Origin: an uncultured candidate division Zixibacteria bacterium
Lineage (GTDB): Bacteria; Zixibacteria; MSB-5A5; GN15; FEB-12
Assembly: GCA_963735035.1 (NCBI GenBank)
Contig: CAVTJJ010000004.1
Span: 352,001 to 416,000 of the forward strand
Reading direction: 5' to 3'
DNA: 64,000 bases
Of the stretch, positions 63,759-64,000 are shown piece after piece (position 1 is the stretch's first letter; every line of letters starts with the position of its first letter). Under the pieces are notes generated by a model that was given only the letters and a program-made list of their open reading frames with translations, was not told where the DNA came from and ran no database searches. The position numbers and the translations under genes are program-made.

Positions 63759-64000
63759 TTAACCGGGGCTGGATTCACATTTGAAGTGCAACAGTTCGAG
63801 CCAAAAGAACTCTGCTGGAGTGAGGAAGTCCAGGCATTTTCGAGGCGTGTTATTGTAGATTTGAAAGAAGTCTGCGAACCGTCTCGGCGAGAGTTTGGTC
63901 AAGTCGGTTGACCGAGGGAGTCGGCGTCGGAGGCGACCGATTCCATTTTCGACGCCGCCTTTCTGCCAGGGTGAGTAGGTGTTACAGAAGTAGGTCTCGA
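63759..64000 (-). mobile_element. 3' end of an IS30-family transposase and its right terminal repeat (partial)
   Basis: Hand translation: YFCNTYSPWQKGGVEN...NNTPRKCLDFLTPAE...LLHFKCES. End sequence TGTTGCACTTCAAATGTGAATCC at 63793-63771. Confidence 0.85.

Overview
A 64-kb stretch of a moderately GC-rich diderm bacterial chromosome. Gene content (Kdo/lipid A genes, lptC, lolCE/D, mcsA-mcsB-clpC, a secreted protein with a YPNP-type C-terminal tail) resembles FCB-group lineages such as Zixibacteria; this assignment is inference only. Housekeeping loci include kdsA-kdsC-kdsD, coaD-lysS, lolCE-lolD-mcsA-mcsB-clpC, rpmA, fumC, ispG, rnhB-yraN and ffh-rpsP-rimM-trmD-rplS. They are interspersed with accessory genes and a diverse set of REP-like palindromic repeats. 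Highlights: (1) an ORF-free gap at about 44140-44450 holds two tandem candidate small RNAs, one with 8 GGA motifs, several in hairpin loops, like a CsrB/RsmZ-type CsrA sponge, and the clpC leader has a matching GGA hairpin; (2) a CxxC redoxin + 8-Cys secreted peptide + 800-aa secreted protein module; (3) a standalone, very Arg-rich protein with a Myb/HTH-like core; (4) a degenerate khpA remnant in front of rimM; (5) an IS30 end abutting a REP hairpin. Seven single-base frameshifts, several in short homopolymers, are probably assembly errors.
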